From contig OZ024758.1 in the NCBI GenBank assembly GCA_964016885.1, positions 26,536,001 to 26,600,000 of the forward strand: a DNA stretch of 64,000 bases, in the 5' to 3' direction. The DNA comes from Eledone cirrhosa (taxonomy: Eukaryota). Below the pieces are notes generated by a model. That model had not been told where the DNA came from and did no database searches. It saw only the letters and a program-made list of their open reading frames with translations. Within the stretch, counting starts at the first letter, position 1; each line of letters begins with the position of its first letter. The position numbers and the translations under genes were made by a program. Positions 63,204 to 64,000 of this stretch are shown piece by piece.

Positions 63204-63977
63204 CGAAGGACATTTAAAAAGTTTGTGGGAAAACAAAATGAAAATAAAATTATTTTATGTAAAAGTTTCATCTCTCCACATAAGCATCATCAACTAAAGG
63301 CATTTTGTAGGCAATGATATCTGCTATTTACATCGTCTTGATGGAACTCAGAGTCCTGAGAATTTAACCATGTCAAACTAATCGTTTTTACATCACTAAT
63401 GGTCTCAAATTGGGTACTTTTTAAGTTGAGGAAATAAGAAAAAATCAGAAGATGCTAATTCAGTACTGTAGGGTGGATGTCTAATAATTTCCCATCAAAA
63501 TTCCCTTAAGTTTCCCCATGTTTTATGAGAGGAATAAGCAGGGGCATTGTCATGGTGGAAAAGAATTCTCTAATAGAGTTTTCCAGGGTACTTTTCTGCT
63601 AAATTCTGGCTAATTTTCTCAAAACGCTTTGATAATAAGCAACTGTTACTATTTTTCTTCCTTCTAAGATGTTAACTAACAAAATGCCCTCAACATCCCA
63701 AAATACTGATGCTATAACCTTTCCTCTTGAATGGTTCATTCTTGCTTTGCCGAGACCCTTTCCGCCTTTGGGTAACCATTCCTTTGACTGAGCTTTGACT
63801 TCAGGACAGTAAAGCCATGTTTCATCTCCAGTCACAATTCACTTCAGAAAGCCTTCTGGATTTTGATCTCATTTGTTTAAAAGGTCTAAAGAATGCTCTG
63901 CTCTTGTTTATTGTTGATCTGGGTGCAACCGTCTTGGCACCCAGTGAGCAGAAAGATACTCAGCTTTAATTTGTCAC
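63204..63977 (-). mobile_element. Degenerate mariner transposon (irritans/Hsmar2-like), interrupted by a MITE start at ~63979
   Basis: WVP..L, TGDETW, VFWD..GILL and F/LHHDNAP motifs on minus; TIR-like CGAAGGACATTTAAAAAGTTTGTGG near 63204. Confidence 0.8.
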
Positions 63978-64000
63978 TTAACCCTTTAGCATTCCCATTA

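Overview
Eukaryotic, AT-rich, intron- and repeat-dominated animal DNA. It is most likely an octopod cephalopod, inferred from the tRNA/CORE SINEs with (GAT)n tails and the RTE LINEs, and not proven here. Two spliced genes sit head-to-head, with ATGs about 680 bp apart. MRPL18 (minus strand) has coding exons 1-3 at 27329-27254, 18240-18141 and 15929-15852; I found no further exons in the window. Notchless/NLE1 (plus strand) has coding exons 1-8 from 28007 to 61739 and continues past the window. I assembled both by hand with phase-consistent GT-AG junctions. The introns contain SINEs, TTAA-flanked piggyBac-like MITEs, two Helitrons, RTE/CRE/mariner relics and several minisatellites; most long ORFs in the track are repeat artefacts. 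The most notable feature is a Penelope-like foldback element (4719-5277, second copy 55150-55444) carrying a minimal hammerhead ribozyme motif on each arm. Also notable: a SINE-internal 48-49 bp module that repeatedly seeds large minisatellites, an intronic satellite with about 60 copies of a splice-donor consensus, and a Helitron with an inverted pair of end-to-start junctions.
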